DNA of 32,000 bases, from positions 720,001 to 752,000 of the forward strand of contig CP002278.1 of assembly GCA_000166095.1 (NCBI GenBank). Reading direction: 5' to 3'. The first letter of the stretch is position 1; each line of letters begins with the position of its first letter. A program made the translations under genes and the position numbers. Source of the DNA: Methanothermus fervidus DSM 2088. Its GTDB lineage: Archaea > Methanobacteriota > Methanobacteria > DSM-2088 > Methanothermaceae. The notes under the pieces are model-generated. The model worked only from the letters and a program-made list of their open reading frames with translations. It was not told the origin of the DNA and ran no database searches. Positions 9,237 through 19,284 of the stretch are shown one piece after another.

Positions 9237-9373
9237 TTTATCTCTCCAATTCTAATGATAAGTAGTTAAATTTAAATAAAGTTTGGTAAATACAATGAAA
9301 TAGTAATTATTTGTTATCATCTGTTGTTTTTTAAAATTTGTTAGTTTTCTGTGGAGGGTCTTTAGTGTTTGAA

Positions 9374-10138
9374 ATGGAGTATTCTGAAGTTATAAATAAA
9401 ATTGAAAATTTTATATCTAGAAAGGTAGAAGAAGCTGGTGCTAACGGCGTAGTTTTAGGTTTGAGTGGTGGTATAGATTCAAGTGTTGTTGCATATCTTT
9501 CAAAAAAAGCACTTGGATCTAAAAATGTATTTGGGCTTATAATGCCCAGTGAAACTACTAAAGAGGAAGATGTAAAGGATGCTATATCTATTGCAAAAAA
9601 TCTTGGAATAAATTATGAAATAATAAATATAGAACCCATTTTAAAGAAATTTAGGTCAATGTGTAAACATAAAGGAAACAAAATAGCAATAGCTAATTTA
9701 GGACCAAGAGTAAGGATGACTATACTGTATTATCATTCTAATTCTTTAAATAGTCTTGTTGCAGGTACAGGAAACAAAAGTGAATTGTTGATAGGATATT
9801 TTACTAAGTATGGGGATGGTGGTGTAGATATATTGCCAATAGGTGATCTCTACAAAACTCAGGTGAGAAAAATTGCTTATGAACTTGGCGTTCCAAAAAA
9901 AATCATTGAAAAACCACCAAGTGCTGGATTGTGGAGAGGACAGACAGATGAAGATGAAATAGGTCTTGATTATGAAACATTAGACAAAATATTATTTTTG
10001 ATGGTTGAAAAAAAATTGAAAAATCATGAGATCCATGAAAAATTGGGAATACCATTAAAAACAATAGGAAGAGTTGAAGAAATGATTAAAAATGCAGAAC
10101 ATAAGCTAAATCCACCTGAAGTGGCACGTATCTGGTGA
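9374..10138 (+). CDS. nadE: NH3-dependent NAD+ synthetase
   Basis: PP-loop GLSGGIDSSV, plus GTGNKSELLIGYFTKYGDGG and P.GDLYKTQVR. I prefer the ATG at 9374 (MEYSEVINKI...) to the upstream TTG at 9338. Confidence 0.9.
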   Translation: MEYSEVINKIENFISRKVEEAGANGVVLGLSGGIDSSVVAYLSKKALGSKNVFGLIMPSETTKEEDVKDAISIAKNLGINYEIINIEPILKKFRSMCKHKGNKIAIANLGPRVRMTILYYHSNSLNSLVAGTGNKSELLIGYFTKYGDGGVDILPIGDLYKTQVRKIAYELGVPKKIIEKPPSAGLWRGQTDEDEIGLDYETLDKILFLMVEKKLKNHEIHEKLGIPLKTIGRVEEMIKNAEHKLNPPEVARIW

Positions 10139-10142
10139 GAAA

Positions 10143-10454
10143 ATGTTTGCAATTGTATATATAACTGCAAAAGATGTAGATGAAGCAAAAAAGATTGGCA
10201 ACACTTTAGTTAAAGAAAAATTAGTTGGATGCGTGAATATAATACCTAAAATAGAATCGATATATTGGTGGGAAGGTGAAATTGAAAAAGATGTAGAAGC
10301 TGTTGTCATTGCTAAAACATTAGTATCTAAAATACAAGATGTGATAAACAAAACTAAAGAAATCCATAGTTATGAAAATCCATGTATATTAGCAATTCCA
10401 ATTATAACTCTTACAGAAGAGTATGCCAAATGGTTAAAAGAATCATTAAAATAA
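10143..10454 (+). CDS. cutA: Divalent-cation tolerance protein CutA
   Basis: 103 aa. The pattern [14 protein letters not shown]...[26 protein letters not shown]...E is the CutA1 signature. Confidence 0.85.
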   Translation: MFAIVYITAKDVDEAKKIGNTLVKEKLVGCVNIIPKIESIYWWEGEIEKDVEAVVIAKTLVSKIQDVINKTKEIHSYENPCILAIPIITLTEEYAKWLKESLK

Positions 10455-10470
10455 ACATGGCGGTGATTTC

Positions 10471-13266
10471 GTGGACTTCACAAATATAGAAAAGAAGTGG
10501 CAAAAAATATGGGAAGAATCAAAAATATTTGAAGCAGATCCTAATGATAAGAAGAAAATATTCATAACAGTTGCATATCCTTACCCTAGTGGTGCAATGC
10601 ATGTAGGACATGGAAGAACATACACAGTTCCTGATGTGTATGCAAGATTTAAAAGGATGCAAGGTTACAATGTACTTTTTCCAATGGCTTGGCATGTAAC
10701 TGGCGCACCTGTGGTAGGCATTGCTAAAAGAATAGAACGTAAGGATCCATGGACATTAAAAACTTATAAAGAAGTTCATAAAGTTCCAGAAGATGAACTA
10801 AAGAAATTTTCAGATCCTCATTATATAGTTGAGTATTTCAGCAAAGAATACAAAAAAATCATGAAAAAAATGGGATATTCTATAGATTGGAGAAGAGAAT
10901 TCAAAACTACTGATCCACATTATCAAAAGTTCATAGAATGGCAAATGAAAAAATTAAAAGAAATGGGGTTGATAAGAAAAGGTACACATCCTGTGAAATA
11001 TTGTCCAGAATGTCAAAACCCAGTTGGCGATCATGATCTACTGGAAGGTGAAGGTGTAGATATTGTTGAGTTAACACTTTTAAAATTTAAAATAGATGAC
11101 TCTTATCTTGTTGCTGCAACATTTAGACCAGAAACAATTTTTGGTACAACTAATATTTGGTTAAATCCTGATTCAAAGTATATTAAAGTTAAAGTAGGAA
11201 ACGAAAAATGGATAATAAGTAAAGAATCTTATGAAAATATTTCTCATCAAAAAGATATAGAGATTTTAGAAGACGTAAATCCAAAGGAACTTATAGGAAA
11301 ACATGTTAAAAACCCCATTACAAAAAAAGATCATCCTATATTGCCAGCAGAATTCGTGGACCCCAAATTTGGTACAGGAGTAGTTTTTTCAGTTCCGGCT
11401 CATGCTCCAGCTGATTATGTTGCATTACGAGATTTAAAAAATAACGATGACATAATAGCTGAATATAAATTAGATAAAGAAATGCTGGCATCCATAAAAC
11501 CAGTGCCAGTAATAGAAGTAGAAGGATTTGGAGAATTACCTGCCAAAGATATAGTAGATAAATTAAATGTCAAGGATCAAAATGATCCTAAGCTTGAAAA
11601 GGCTACCAATGAAATTTACAAAGTTGAGCACAATAAAGGAATAATGAAAGTTGAAGAATATGATGGAATACCTGTTTCAGAGGCTAGGGAAAAAATAATT
11701 GAGAGGTTGTGTAAGGAAGGTAAAGCTGATAAACTTTATGAATTTTCTGAAATTCCTGTAATCTGTAGATGTGGTGCTAACTGCGTTGTTAAAATAATGA
11801 AAGATCAATGGTTCCTCAAATATTCAAATGAAGAATGGAAAAATAAAGCATTATCTTGCTTAAATCAGATGAAGATAGTACCAGATGAAATTAGACAAAA
11901 TATTGAATACTTTATAAAATGGTTAAAAGATTGGGCATGCGCACGTAAAATAGGATTAGGAACAAAATTACCCTGGGACAAAAGGTGGATTGTAGAACCA
12001 TTAACAGATTCAACTATCTACATGGCATATTATACCATAGCTCATAAAATAAAAGAAAAAGATCATGAAGAATTAAATAGTGAATACTTTGATGAAGTTT
12101 TCTTAAATAATCCAGATGAAGAATTTGCATATTGGTATCCTCTTGATTGGAGATTATCTGCAAAAGATTTGATAGGTAATCATTTAACATTTCATATATT
12201 TCACCATTCAGCAATATTTCCAGAAGACAAATGGCCAAAAGGCATAGTTGTTTTTGGTATGGGTCTCCTTGAAGGACAAAAAATGTCATCTTCAAAAGGA
12301 AATATAGTAACTCTGTCAGAGGCAATTTCAGAATATGGTGCAGATGTTGTAAGAATGTTTTTAATGTCTTCAGCAGAGCCATGGCAAGATTTTGATTGGA
12401 GAAAAAAAGAAGTTATTGGTGTTAAAAGGAGAATTGAACAATTTTTTGAACTATATGAAAAAATTGATGAAAAAATAGGACTTAATTTTGAAAATAAATT
12501 GGAAATCAGGCCTAAAAAATTTATAAATAAATGGATATTAAGTCAAGTTAACCAAAGAATAAAAAATGTTACAGAAGCTCTGGAGAAATTTCAAACTAGG
12601 AAGGCTTTACAAGAAGGATTTTTCTTATTTAGAAAAGATGTTGATCATTACTTAAAACGAGTAAAACCATGGATTGAATTGGAAGAAACCAAGGAAATTT
12701 TAAGATATGTGATGAAGGTATGGGTAAAATTGGTTGCACCTTTCATACCTCATATTGCAGAGGAAATATGGGAAAAATATGGTGGTAATGGGTTAATTTC
12801 AGTTTCTAAATGGCCAGAACCCAAAGAAGAATTTATTGACAAGAAAATACAAAAGTCTGAAGAGATTGTAGAAGAAGTTATAAAAGATATCAAAGAAATC
12901 AAGAAAATAATTAGAAAAAAACCAGAAAAGGTTCACATCTATATATCTCCAAAGTGGAAATACAAAATATATGATATGATAAGTAGTAGTGATAGAAAGG
13001 ACTTAGGAACTATAATTCCTAAAGCATTGTCAGAAATTGAAGGCGATAAAAAGGAAATTGTGAATTTCATAAAGAAAAGTATTAGTGAAATAGCAAAAAA
13101 AGAATATGTTGGTTATATAGATGAATACAAAGTATTTAAGGAAGCCAAAGACTATATTGAGGAAGAAGTGAATGCAAAAATAGTTATACATAAAAAACCT
13201 GATTATGATCCAAAAAACAAATCAAAAATGGCAGAACCTTACAAACCAGCAATATACATTGAATAA
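10471..13266 (+). CDS. leuS: Leucyl-tRNA synthetase (archaeal type)
   Basis: 931 aa. It has the class I HIGH variant [13 protein letters not shown] as KMSSSKGN, a CP1 editing insertion and an archaeal C-terminal extension. GTG start at 10471. Confidence 0.95.
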   Translation: MDFTNIEKKWQKIWEESKIFEADPNDKKKIFITVAYPYPSGAMHVGHGRTYTVPDVYARFKRMQGYNVLFPMAWHVTGAPVVGIAKRIERKDPWTLKTYKEVHKVPEDELKKFSDPHYIVEYFSKEYKKIMKKMGYSIDWRREFKTTDPHYQKFIEWQMKKLKEMGLIRKGTHPVKYCPECQNPVGDHDLLEGEGVDIVELTLLKFKIDDSYLVAATFRPETIFGTTNIWLNPDSKYIKVKVGNEKWIISKESYENISHQKDIEILEDVNPKELIGKHVKNPITKKDHPILPAEFVDPKFGTGVVFSVPAHAPADYVALRDLKNNDDIIAEYKLDKEMLASIKPVPVIEVEGFGELPAKDIVDKLNVKDQNDPKLEKATNEIYKVEHNKGIMKVEEYDGIPVSEAREKIIERLCKEGKADKLYEFSEIPVICRCGANCVVKIMKDQWFLKYSNEEWKNKALSCLNQMKIVPDEIRQNIEYFIKWLKDWACARKIGLGTKLPWDKRWIVEPLTDSTIYMAYYTIAHKIKEKDHEELNSEYFDEVFLNNPDEEFAYWYPLDWRLSAKDLIGNHLTFHIFHHSAIFPEDKWPKGIVVFGMGLLEGQKMSSSKGNIVTLSEAISEYGADVVRMFLMSSAEPWQDFDWRKKEVIGVKRRIEQFFELYEKIDEKIGLNFENKLEIRPKKFINKWILSQVNQRIKNVTEALEKFQTRKALQEGFFLFRKDVDHYLKRVKPWIELEETKEILRYVMKVWVKLVAPFIPHIAEEIWEKYGGNGLISVSKWPEPKEEFIDKKIQKSEEIVEEVIKDIKEIKKIIRKKPEKVHIYISPKWKYKIYDMISSSDRKDLGTIIPKALSEIEGDKKEIVNFIKKSISEIAKKEYVGYIDEYKVFKEAKDYIEEEVNAKIVIHKKPDYDPKNKSKMAEPYKPAIYIE

Positions 13267-13278
13267 AATCTGAGAAAT

Positions 13279-13905
13279 TCATAAAGAATTTAAATCATTG
13301 AAATTTTTTGGAACTTTGTTTAGGGTTCTAAGCTTTCTTGGCAATGGTTTTATCTTTGCAGGTGCTCCTATTGCTAAAGACCAAGGAGGTACATCTCTAG
13401 TTACTACAGCTCCAGCAGCTACCATAGCTCCCTCACCAATTTCTATATTTGATAAAAATGTTGAATTGGCACCAATTGTAACCCCTCTTTGTATTTTAGG
13501 TCCTTTAAGTTTGTACTTAACTCTTAAAGGATATCTGTCATTTGTAAAACATGCACAAGGTCCTATAAAAACATCGTTACCTATGTAACTATTTTTAGGA
13601 ATATAAACGTTTGATTGTATTCGTACATTGTTTCCAATTTTTGAATAGCCTTCTATAACTGTATTTGTTCCAATCAATACATTGTTTCCTATCCTTGTTT
13701 TTTCTCTTATCAATACATTGTGACCTGTCTGTAAGTTGTCACCTATTACTACATCGTTGTAAATTATAGTGTTGGCTCTAATCAATGGTTTTTTACCAAT
13801 TATTGGTGGTTTACTACCTTTTTTATATTCATAACCTAATATTACATTTTCATCTATCTTTCCATCTCTTACTTCTTCACCAAATATTAAAGATTTTATG
13901 GACAT
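13279..13905 (-). CDS. Left-handed beta-helix (hexapeptide-repeat) acyl/acetyltransferase
   Basis: 208 aa with multiple [LIV]G.N..I hexapeptide repeats ([47 protein letters not shown]). Substrate unknown. Confidence 0.8.
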   Translation of the reverse strand: MSIKSLIFGEEVRDGKIDENVILGYEYKKGSKPPIIGKKPLIRANTIIYNDVVIGDNLQTGHNVLIREKTRIGNNVLIGTNTVIEGYSKIGNNVRIQSNVYIPKNSYIGNDVFIGPCACFTNDRYPLRVKYKLKGPKIQRGVTIGANSTFLSNIEIGEGAMVAAGAVVTRDVPPWSLAIGAPAKIKPLPRKLRTLNKVPKNFNDLNSL

Positions 13906-13982
13906 TGTTTTTCACAATTTTTTCTTTTTTAATAACTAAATATAAATAAATTAAAAAATTTTACTCATAGCCAGAAATATTT

Positions 13983-15008
13983 GTGATTTGGATGATAAAT
14001 AAAAAAGAGTTTGAAAAGCTAGTGGAAAATATAAGAGAAAAAATAGGACATGAAAAAGAGAAAATTAAAATTAAAGAAATTATATTTGATAAATTAAACA
14101 ATGAATTAATTATTATAGTGCCTGATAGATACGACAAATCACTTGTAATTGGAAAGGGTGGATGGGTAGTAGGTAAATTAAGAGAAACATTAAATGTTAA
14201 ACATGTCCATGTAGAGGCCTATTCAGATCTTCTTGTAAAAAAATATAGGATGAAACTATCATTGGAAAAATTAAATAAACTTATAAAATCTCTTAGGCTA
14301 GAATCTTTAAAAATTATTAGAAATCTTTTGAAGAATAGAATAACTGAGTTACCTCTCTTTAACATACCTAACTTTGAAACTAATGAAAAGGTATTAGTGG
14401 CTCTTTCTGGTGGCGTAGATAGTAGTTTTTCTTTAGTTGTGATGAAATACTTAGGTTTTGATGTGGAAGCAGTGACAGTAGATCCAGGACCAATGATATT
14501 ACCAAAAATATTTAAAAAAAATATAGAAAAGTTATGTAGTACTTTAGAGGTTAAACACAAATACATAAAGACCGATTTTTCAAATTTTATAGAGGAGTGT
14601 TTAAAAGGTCGTTTTCACCCATGCGGACGATGTTCCAAAAAAATATATGAAAAGATAAAAAAATATTGTAAAAAGAAAGGAATAAAAATTTTAGTTTTCG
14701 GTGACTTGTTAAGTACTGGATATGGTGCCATTTCTCTAGAGGATGGAATTGTAAAAATATCTCTTCCTGCCTTGCTGTGCATGTCAAAACATGAAATTAA
14801 ACAACAAGTGTCTAATTTTGATTTAGAGTTACCAGCACGGTTTGGATGTCCATTACTACATGAAGTTCATAAGAGGTTCCCAAGACTTAGATTTTATTCT
14901 ATTCAAAGGATACTTAGGGAGAATCGTGCTGGAGCTTTAGAACCTGGTGAATCACTGAAATTAATCTGGAGGTTATGTAAAAATTTTGACGACTCCATAT
15001 ACTATTAG
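13983..15008 (+). CDS. KH-domain-fused PP-loop ATPase (TtuA/Ncs6-like adenine-nucleotide alpha-hydrolase)
   Basis: N-terminal KH-like GxxG (SLVIGKGGWVVGKLRE), PP-loop VLVALSGGVDSSF, then HPCGRCSKK...KILVFGDLL, which parallels the PC..C Fe-S/Zn cysteines of TtuA-type sulfurtransferases. GTG at 13983 or ATG at 13992. Confidence 0.65.
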   Translation: MIWMINKKEFEKLVENIREKIGHEKEKIKIKEIIFDKLNNELIIIVPDRYDKSLVIGKGGWVVGKLRETLNVKHVHVEAYSDLLVKKYRMKLSLEKLNKLIKSLRLESLKIIRNLLKNRITELPLFNIPNFETNEKVLVALSGGVDSSFSLVVMKYLGFDVEAVTVDPGPMILPKIFKKNIEKLCSTLEVKHKYIKTDFSNFIEECLKGRFHPCGRCSKKIYEKIKKYCKKKGIKILVFGDLLSTGYGAISLEDGIVKISLPALLCMSKHEIKQQVSNFDLELPARFGCPLLHEVHKRFPRLRFYSIQRILRENRAGALEPGESLKLIWRLCKNFDDSIYY

Positions 15009-15122
15009 AAATATTCCTGCTAAATAACCTACAAGTAATGGATATATCAACATTAATATTCCAACGATCACTGCTAAAATTCCAATTGCTCTTTGCAATT
15101 CTACATCTTTTGGGCCTGGCAT
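14973..15122 (-). CDS. Small hydrophobic membrane protein (49 aa, below the ORF-track size cut-off)
   Basis: Hand translation gives MPGPKDVELQRAIGILAVIVGILMLIYPLLVGYLAGIFLIVYGVVKIFT*. This is two predicted TM segments. The ATG is the first codon after an in-frame stop. A TATTTTAA element sits about 25-32 nt upstream, consistent with a leaderless mRNA. The 3' end overlaps the convergent gene by 36 nt. Confidence 0.4.
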   Translation of the reverse strand: MPGPKDVELQRAIGILAVIVGILMLIYPLLVGYLAGIFLIVYGVVKIFT

Positions 15123-15631
15123 GTTTAATTTTTATGTAATTTTCAACTTAAAATACTTTTCTGTTTTTGAATTACTCCCCAACTTTTGCAGATGTTCCCT
15201 TGCTTTATAGAAAAAACTTGTCCAGAGACTATATTTCTATATGAAATAGTTTTGAGTAGAGTATTTTCTTAAACAGGCTATCAAAGTTACTCTATTCCCT
15301 CAACAGTGTCTTAAATGCTGATATATAATCTCTTAACTTATTTTTAATCCTTTTAATGCATTTAGACCTTCTTAACTACCTACCAGTTTTTTTCAGCTTT
15401 GTAATTGTATGGGAAGTCATCTCATGAAAAAAAGTAGTATGAAAGGATATATATAGTTTTCTTAATTTCTAGAGCATTTTTGGAGAGAGAAAGAGGAAGT
15501 AAAAGAAGAATTGTGTATATTTTTTTAGAACAAGTGCTAATTTTGTGCTTCATCTATATAAATACTTTCTAATTTTTCACTAATCCTTAGATAGCTTTTC
15601 TCTATGAGGAGTAGTTCACCAACCAAAAAAT

Positions 15632-15642
15632 ATCTATATAAA
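15632..15642 (+). promoter_or_regulatory. Putative archaeal TATA box for the cell-wall cluster
   Basis: ATCTATATAAA lies about 60 nt upstream of the ATG at 15698. The implied transcript start near 15663 would leave a leader containing the AGGAG RBS (15686-15690). An identical 11-mer occurs at 15552-15562. Confidence 0.3.
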
Positions 15643-15697
15643 AAGAAGTTATTTTATCTAATACTGGAAAAAAATTTACTTCTTTAGGAGATATACC

Positions 15698-16801
15698 ATG
15701 AAAATTTTATTTATAGGTGCAAGATTATTTGACGATGTCCACTATTATGCTAAAGAAAAAGGAATTACAACAATACTTACTGAAGCTAATCCTAAATCAC
15801 CAAATATTAAATTAGCTGATAAATATTTCATTGTGCCAAGAGGAATGAAATATCCTATGGAAATTGCTATTAAAGAAGATGTAGATGCAGTTGTACCATT
15901 GATAGGTGTAGATGAACCTCTGATAGGCGTTGCAAAAATGAAAGAAAAGTTAGAAAAAGATTATGGAATCCCAGTAGTTGCATCTAATTTACATGCAACA
16001 TCAATAGCTGTTGATAAGTTCAAAACAAAAATATTTTTTAAAAAAATGAATATTAGAACCCCTAAATATAAAATAATCAAAGAACCACCTTCCGAAGTAA
16101 CAAAACCTGTTGTATTAAAGAATAAAAAGGGTCAGGCTGGAACTGGAGTAGTTGTAACCAACTCAAAAGATGAAATAACAGAATATCTAAAAAAATATGG
16201 TGTAGTTCTTATGGAAGAATTTATTAATGGCATTGAAATTTCAGTAGAAGTTTTAAGATGGGAAGGCAAGTCATTAGCCTTGGTCGTTGTAGATAAAGGT
16301 AGAACAACCTTAGAAGCTGTACATCCTCTATACAAAATAAAAAAAGCTCCAGCACAAATAAAAGGTTTAGACAATGAAAAGGTATTATTGTTTAGTAGAA
16401 TGATAGTAAACAGTTTAAATGCAGAAGGTAATACTGACATTGACATGATATTTGATGAAAAACTTCGTAAAGTTTATGCAATAGAACTTAATACAAGACC
16501 AAGCGGTACTAGATATATTTCAGCTGCGGCCACTGGAATCCATCCACTACACCAATTAGTTGATATGGCTATAGGGGAATGGGATCCTAAGAAAATTAAA
16601 CTTAAGAATTTTTTTGCAATAGAAATTCCTATAGGTACTACTGACTTAAAAACAACTAAAAAATTTGAAGGAGAGAAATGTTGGGTTGTTCATGGTCCTC
16701 CAGGACATCAAAGAATAACTATAAGAGGTAAAAACATGGAAGATATTGTAGAAATTTTGGAGGAACTAGACCTAAATAAGGTGATAAGATGTTTATATTA
16801 A
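15698..16801 (+). CDS. ATP-grasp ligase (CarB/Ddl-like) of the pseudomurein cluster
   Basis: 367 aa. An N-terminal Rossmann-like pre-ATP-grasp domain (MKILFIGARL) is followed by DKFKTKIFFKKMNIRTPKY...PVVLKNKKGQAGTGVVV...MEEFI.G.E.SVEV...IELNTRPSG, the typical ATP-grasp core. Confidence 0.8.
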   Translation: MKILFIGARLFDDVHYYAKEKGITTILTEANPKSPNIKLADKYFIVPRGMKYPMEIAIKEDVDAVVPLIGVDEPLIGVAKMKEKLEKDYGIPVVASNLHATSIAVDKFKTKIFFKKMNIRTPKYKIIKEPPSEVTKPVVLKNKKGQAGTGVVVTNSKDEITEYLKKYGVVLMEEFINGIEISVEVLRWEGKSLALVVVDKGRTTLEAVHPLYKIKKAPAQIKGLDNEKVLLFSRMIVNSLNAEGNTDIDMIFDEKLRKVYAIELNTRPSGTRYISAAATGIHPLHQLVDMAIGEWDPKKIKLKNFFAIEIPIGTTDLKTTKKFEGEKCWVVHGPPGHQRITIRGKNMEDIVEILEELDLNKVIRCLY

Positions 16802-17838
16802 TTTTAGCTTTCGTTCTTACAGTTATTTTTACCTATATATTGAAAAAAATTCTTTTAGAAGCTGAAATAGTTGATAAGCCTATTGTAACTGAGCATAAAC
16901 ACAAAATAGGTACTCCAACAATGGGTGGTCTTGGATTTTTATTAACAGCCTCAATGGTGGCAATGGTTTTAGGAGATAGACATTTAAATCTGATTGTATT
17001 AACAATGGTGATAGCTGGCATAATTGGAGCCTTAGATGATTTACTTGGATTGAGCATTAAAGAAAAACAAAAAATTGTAAAAAATATTTCATCAGAAGTT
17101 GTTGAACTAGGAAGATTAAACCTCCAACCTAGTGAAGAAGCAAGAGTAGCAACTAAGAAAGCTAAACAAGATTTCAAAAAGCTAATGGCTGAAAAGAAAA
17201 TTAAAGTAGTTGGTGAAGTTCCTATAAAAAAAGAATTTACAGAAAAACAAAAGATTATGTTACAATGTATTCCAGGAATATTTCTTGCATTATCATTTGG
17301 AGTTGGAAGTATTTTTGGATACTTTTTAGGATTCTTAACAATTCCAATTGTAATATTCGGAGTATTAGGCGCCATTAACGCCATAAATTTAATAGATGGA
17401 ATGGATGGAATGGCAGCAGGAATAATTGCAATATCTTCATTATTTTGTGCATTTTATTCTTCTATGAAAGGCCTTCATAGTTCTGCATTTTTAATGTTAT
17501 CAGGCATTTCATTAGGTTTCCTGGTGTTTAATCGTTTTCCTGCATCAATATTTATGGGAGATGTTGGATCCTTTGCTTTAGGTGCTGGATATGCTGCAGC
17601 AGTTATGATGAATGATATAATATATTATGGAGTACTTGCCATTGCAGTTCCTATAGTATCGGTAATTATAAGCCTTATGCATCGTGCAAACATTATAAAA
17701 TTACCCGTGGAGCCATTACACCATACTCTACATTATAAAGGATTATCAGAAAAAACAATTGTAATTACTTATTGGTTAATAACATTTGTATTATGTAGTG
17801 TGGGGCTAATAATGTATAATTTAGGATTATTCCCATAA
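16789..17838 (+). CDS. MraY-like polyprenyl-phosphate sugar-phosphate transferase (glycosyltransferase family 4)
   Basis: 349 aa and polytopic. It has PTMGGL, the GALDDLLGL (DD) motif, NLIDGMDG and FMGDVGS. The start overlaps the upstream gene by 13 nt. Confidence 0.85.
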   Translation: MFILILAFVLTVIFTYILKKILLEAEIVDKPIVTEHKHKIGTPTMGGLGFLLTASMVAMVLGDRHLNLIVLTMVIAGIIGALDDLLGLSIKEKQKIVKNISSEVVELGRLNLQPSEEARVATKKAKQDFKKLMAEKKIKVVGEVPIKKEFTEKQKIMLQCIPGIFLALSFGVGSIFGYFLGFLTIPIVIFGVLGAINAINLIDGMDGMAAGIIAISSLFCAFYSSMKGLHSSAFLMLSGISLGFLVFNRFPASIFMGDVGSFALGAGYAAAVMMNDIIYYGVLAIAVPIVSVIISLMHRANIIKLPVEPLHHTLHYKGLSEKTIVITYWLITFVLCSVGLIMYNLGLFP

Positions 17839-17853
17839 CATGGTGGTTAAAAA

Positions 17854-19284
17854 ATGAGATTAAGTGAATTAGCTTCATATGTTTCTGGAAAATTAATAGG
17901 GGAAGATAAGGAAATAAAAGTGGGTATATTTAATACTCTAGGCGATGCTAATCCAAATGATATTGTGATTAGACATTGGATAGATGAAAAAGGTGTAGAA
18001 ATTGCAAAAAATAAAGAAGTATCAGCACTTATAACTCAAAATCCAAAAGGAAATTCATTAGAATATGCAAAAAAGTTGAAAGTACCTATAATTTTAGTTA
18101 ACAAGATTGAACTTGCCAGTGCATTTGCCATAAAATGGACAATAAAAAATTTTGCACCAAACACTTATAGAGTTGTAATCACAGGTACTAATGGTAAGTC
18201 AACAACAACCCATATGATATATCATATTTTAACCCATGCTGGAAAGAAAGCATTTACAAACACAGATGCAAAGTCAGAGTTTAACACTCTGATAGACCCA
18301 ATGGTAGCTAAGTTACTTGCTGAAAAGGCTAAAAAAGAAAACCTCGAATATTTGGTCATTGAAGTGTCTGAAGTTCAAGGATGGCTAGATCGTCTCATGA
18401 AAGACCATGCATATCTCATGACAAAATCCATAAATCCTAATGTAGTTGTAGTTACCAATGTAGCATTGGACCATATAGGTTTAGTTAATTCAATTGAAGA
18501 AGTGTTTGAAGAAACTAGTGGGGCTGTAAAAGCATTGGAAAAAGGATTTGCTGTACTTAATTATGATAATGAATTTACAAGAAAAATGGCTAAACTCACA
18601 AATAAAAATGTAAAAGTCTTCTTTTATGGAAAAAATTGTCCAGTAACTTTTAAAAGTGGTGGAATTTATGTTAACAATGATTTATTCATAAAAAAAGAAG
18701 AACTTCCATTCAAAAGTGAATATTTTATACAAAATACTCTTGCTGCAATATCTGCTTGTTTATGTTTAAATATTCCTCCAGACATTATAAAAAAAGGAAT
18801 TTTAACATACAAACCACTAAAGAGAAGATTTTCAATTTTATGTAAAAAACCATTAATAATAGATGATTTTGCACATAACCCTGACGGTATCAAAATGGCT
18901 ATAAAGAGTGCAAAAAAACTTACAAAAAACAAATTGTGGGTTGTATGTGCTATACGTGGGTCTAGAGGAAAAATTATCAACAAATTAAATGCGGAATCGT
19001 TATCAAAGACTTTAAAAAACATTGAAAATTATGAAGTTGTTATAACCAATAGTGACGATGTTGTGGATAACCTTAATAAAGTAAAAAAAGAAGAAGAAAA
19101 AACATTTTTAAAAACACTGGAGAAGTATAATATAAATTATAGATTCCACAAAAAATTGAAAACTGCTTTGGAAGAAACTTTAACTAATTGTAAAAAAGAT
19201 GATACGATCTTGTTGATAGGTGCTCAAGGTATGGATCCTGCCTCAAAACTATTAAAAAAAATAAAAGTGATACCATGTTCATAA
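17854..19284 (+). CDS. Mur-ligase-family peptide ligase (pseudomurein pMur type, MurE/F-like)
   Basis: 476 aa. A MurE/F-like N-domain (LSELASYVSGKLIG) is followed by the P-loop ITGTNGKSTT, a central-domain VTNVALDHIG and a C-terminal DDFAHNPDG. The specific pMur paralogue is not assignable. Confidence 0.85.
   Translation: MRLSELASYVSGKLIGEDKEIKVGIFNTLGDANPNDIVIRHWIDEKGVEIAKNKEVSALITQNPKGNSLEYAKKLKVPIILVNKIELASAFAIKWTIKNFAPNTYRVVITGTNGKSTTTHMIYHILTHAGKKAFTNTDAKSEFNTLIDPMVAKLLAEKAKKENLEYLVIEVSEVQGWLDRLMKDHAYLMTKSINPNVVVVTNVALDHIGLVNSIEEVFEETSGAVKALEKGFAVLNYDNEFTRKMAKLTNKNVKVFFYGKNCPVTFKSGGIYVNNDLFIKKEELPFKSEYFIQNTLAAISACLCLNIPPDIIKKGILTYKPLKRRFSILCKKPLIIDDFAHNPDGIKMAIKSAKKLTKNKLWVVCAIRGSRGKIINKLNAESLSKTLKNIENYEVVITNSDDVVDNLNKVKKEEEKTFLKTLEKYNINYRFHKKLKTALEETLTNCKKDDTILLIGAQGMDPASKLLKKIKVIPCS

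Noticed and set aside
15123-15697. Replication origin in the long intergenic gap
   Set aside because: I found only one ORB-like element: AAGTTGAAAAT on the minus strand near 15140-15150. There are no repeated origin-recognition boxes and no adjacent cdc6/orc1 gene, so the evidence is insufficient.
15123-15697. Structured ncRNA (tRNA, C/D-box sRNA or riboswitch) in the gap
   Set aside because: There is no GC-rich segment, which would be expected for stable RNAs in a roughly 30% GC and probably thermophilic genome. There is no RUGAUGA/CUGA box pairing on either strand and no cloverleaf-compatible stems. An unstructured transcript cannot be excluded.
16833-17384. 183-aa minus-strand ORF antisense to the MraY-like gene. 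The same applies to antisense ORFs 1619-1891, 2622-2954, 6143-6535, 8884-9162, 12014-12382, 14219-14566, 16132-16446, 18666-19022, 24308-24568, 26407-26679 and 28316-28828.
   Set aside because: Each is fully nested in a gene with clear family motifs on the other strand and has no RBS or start context. Their composition is low-complexity or a mirror of the sense codons. I treat them all as shadow ORFs.
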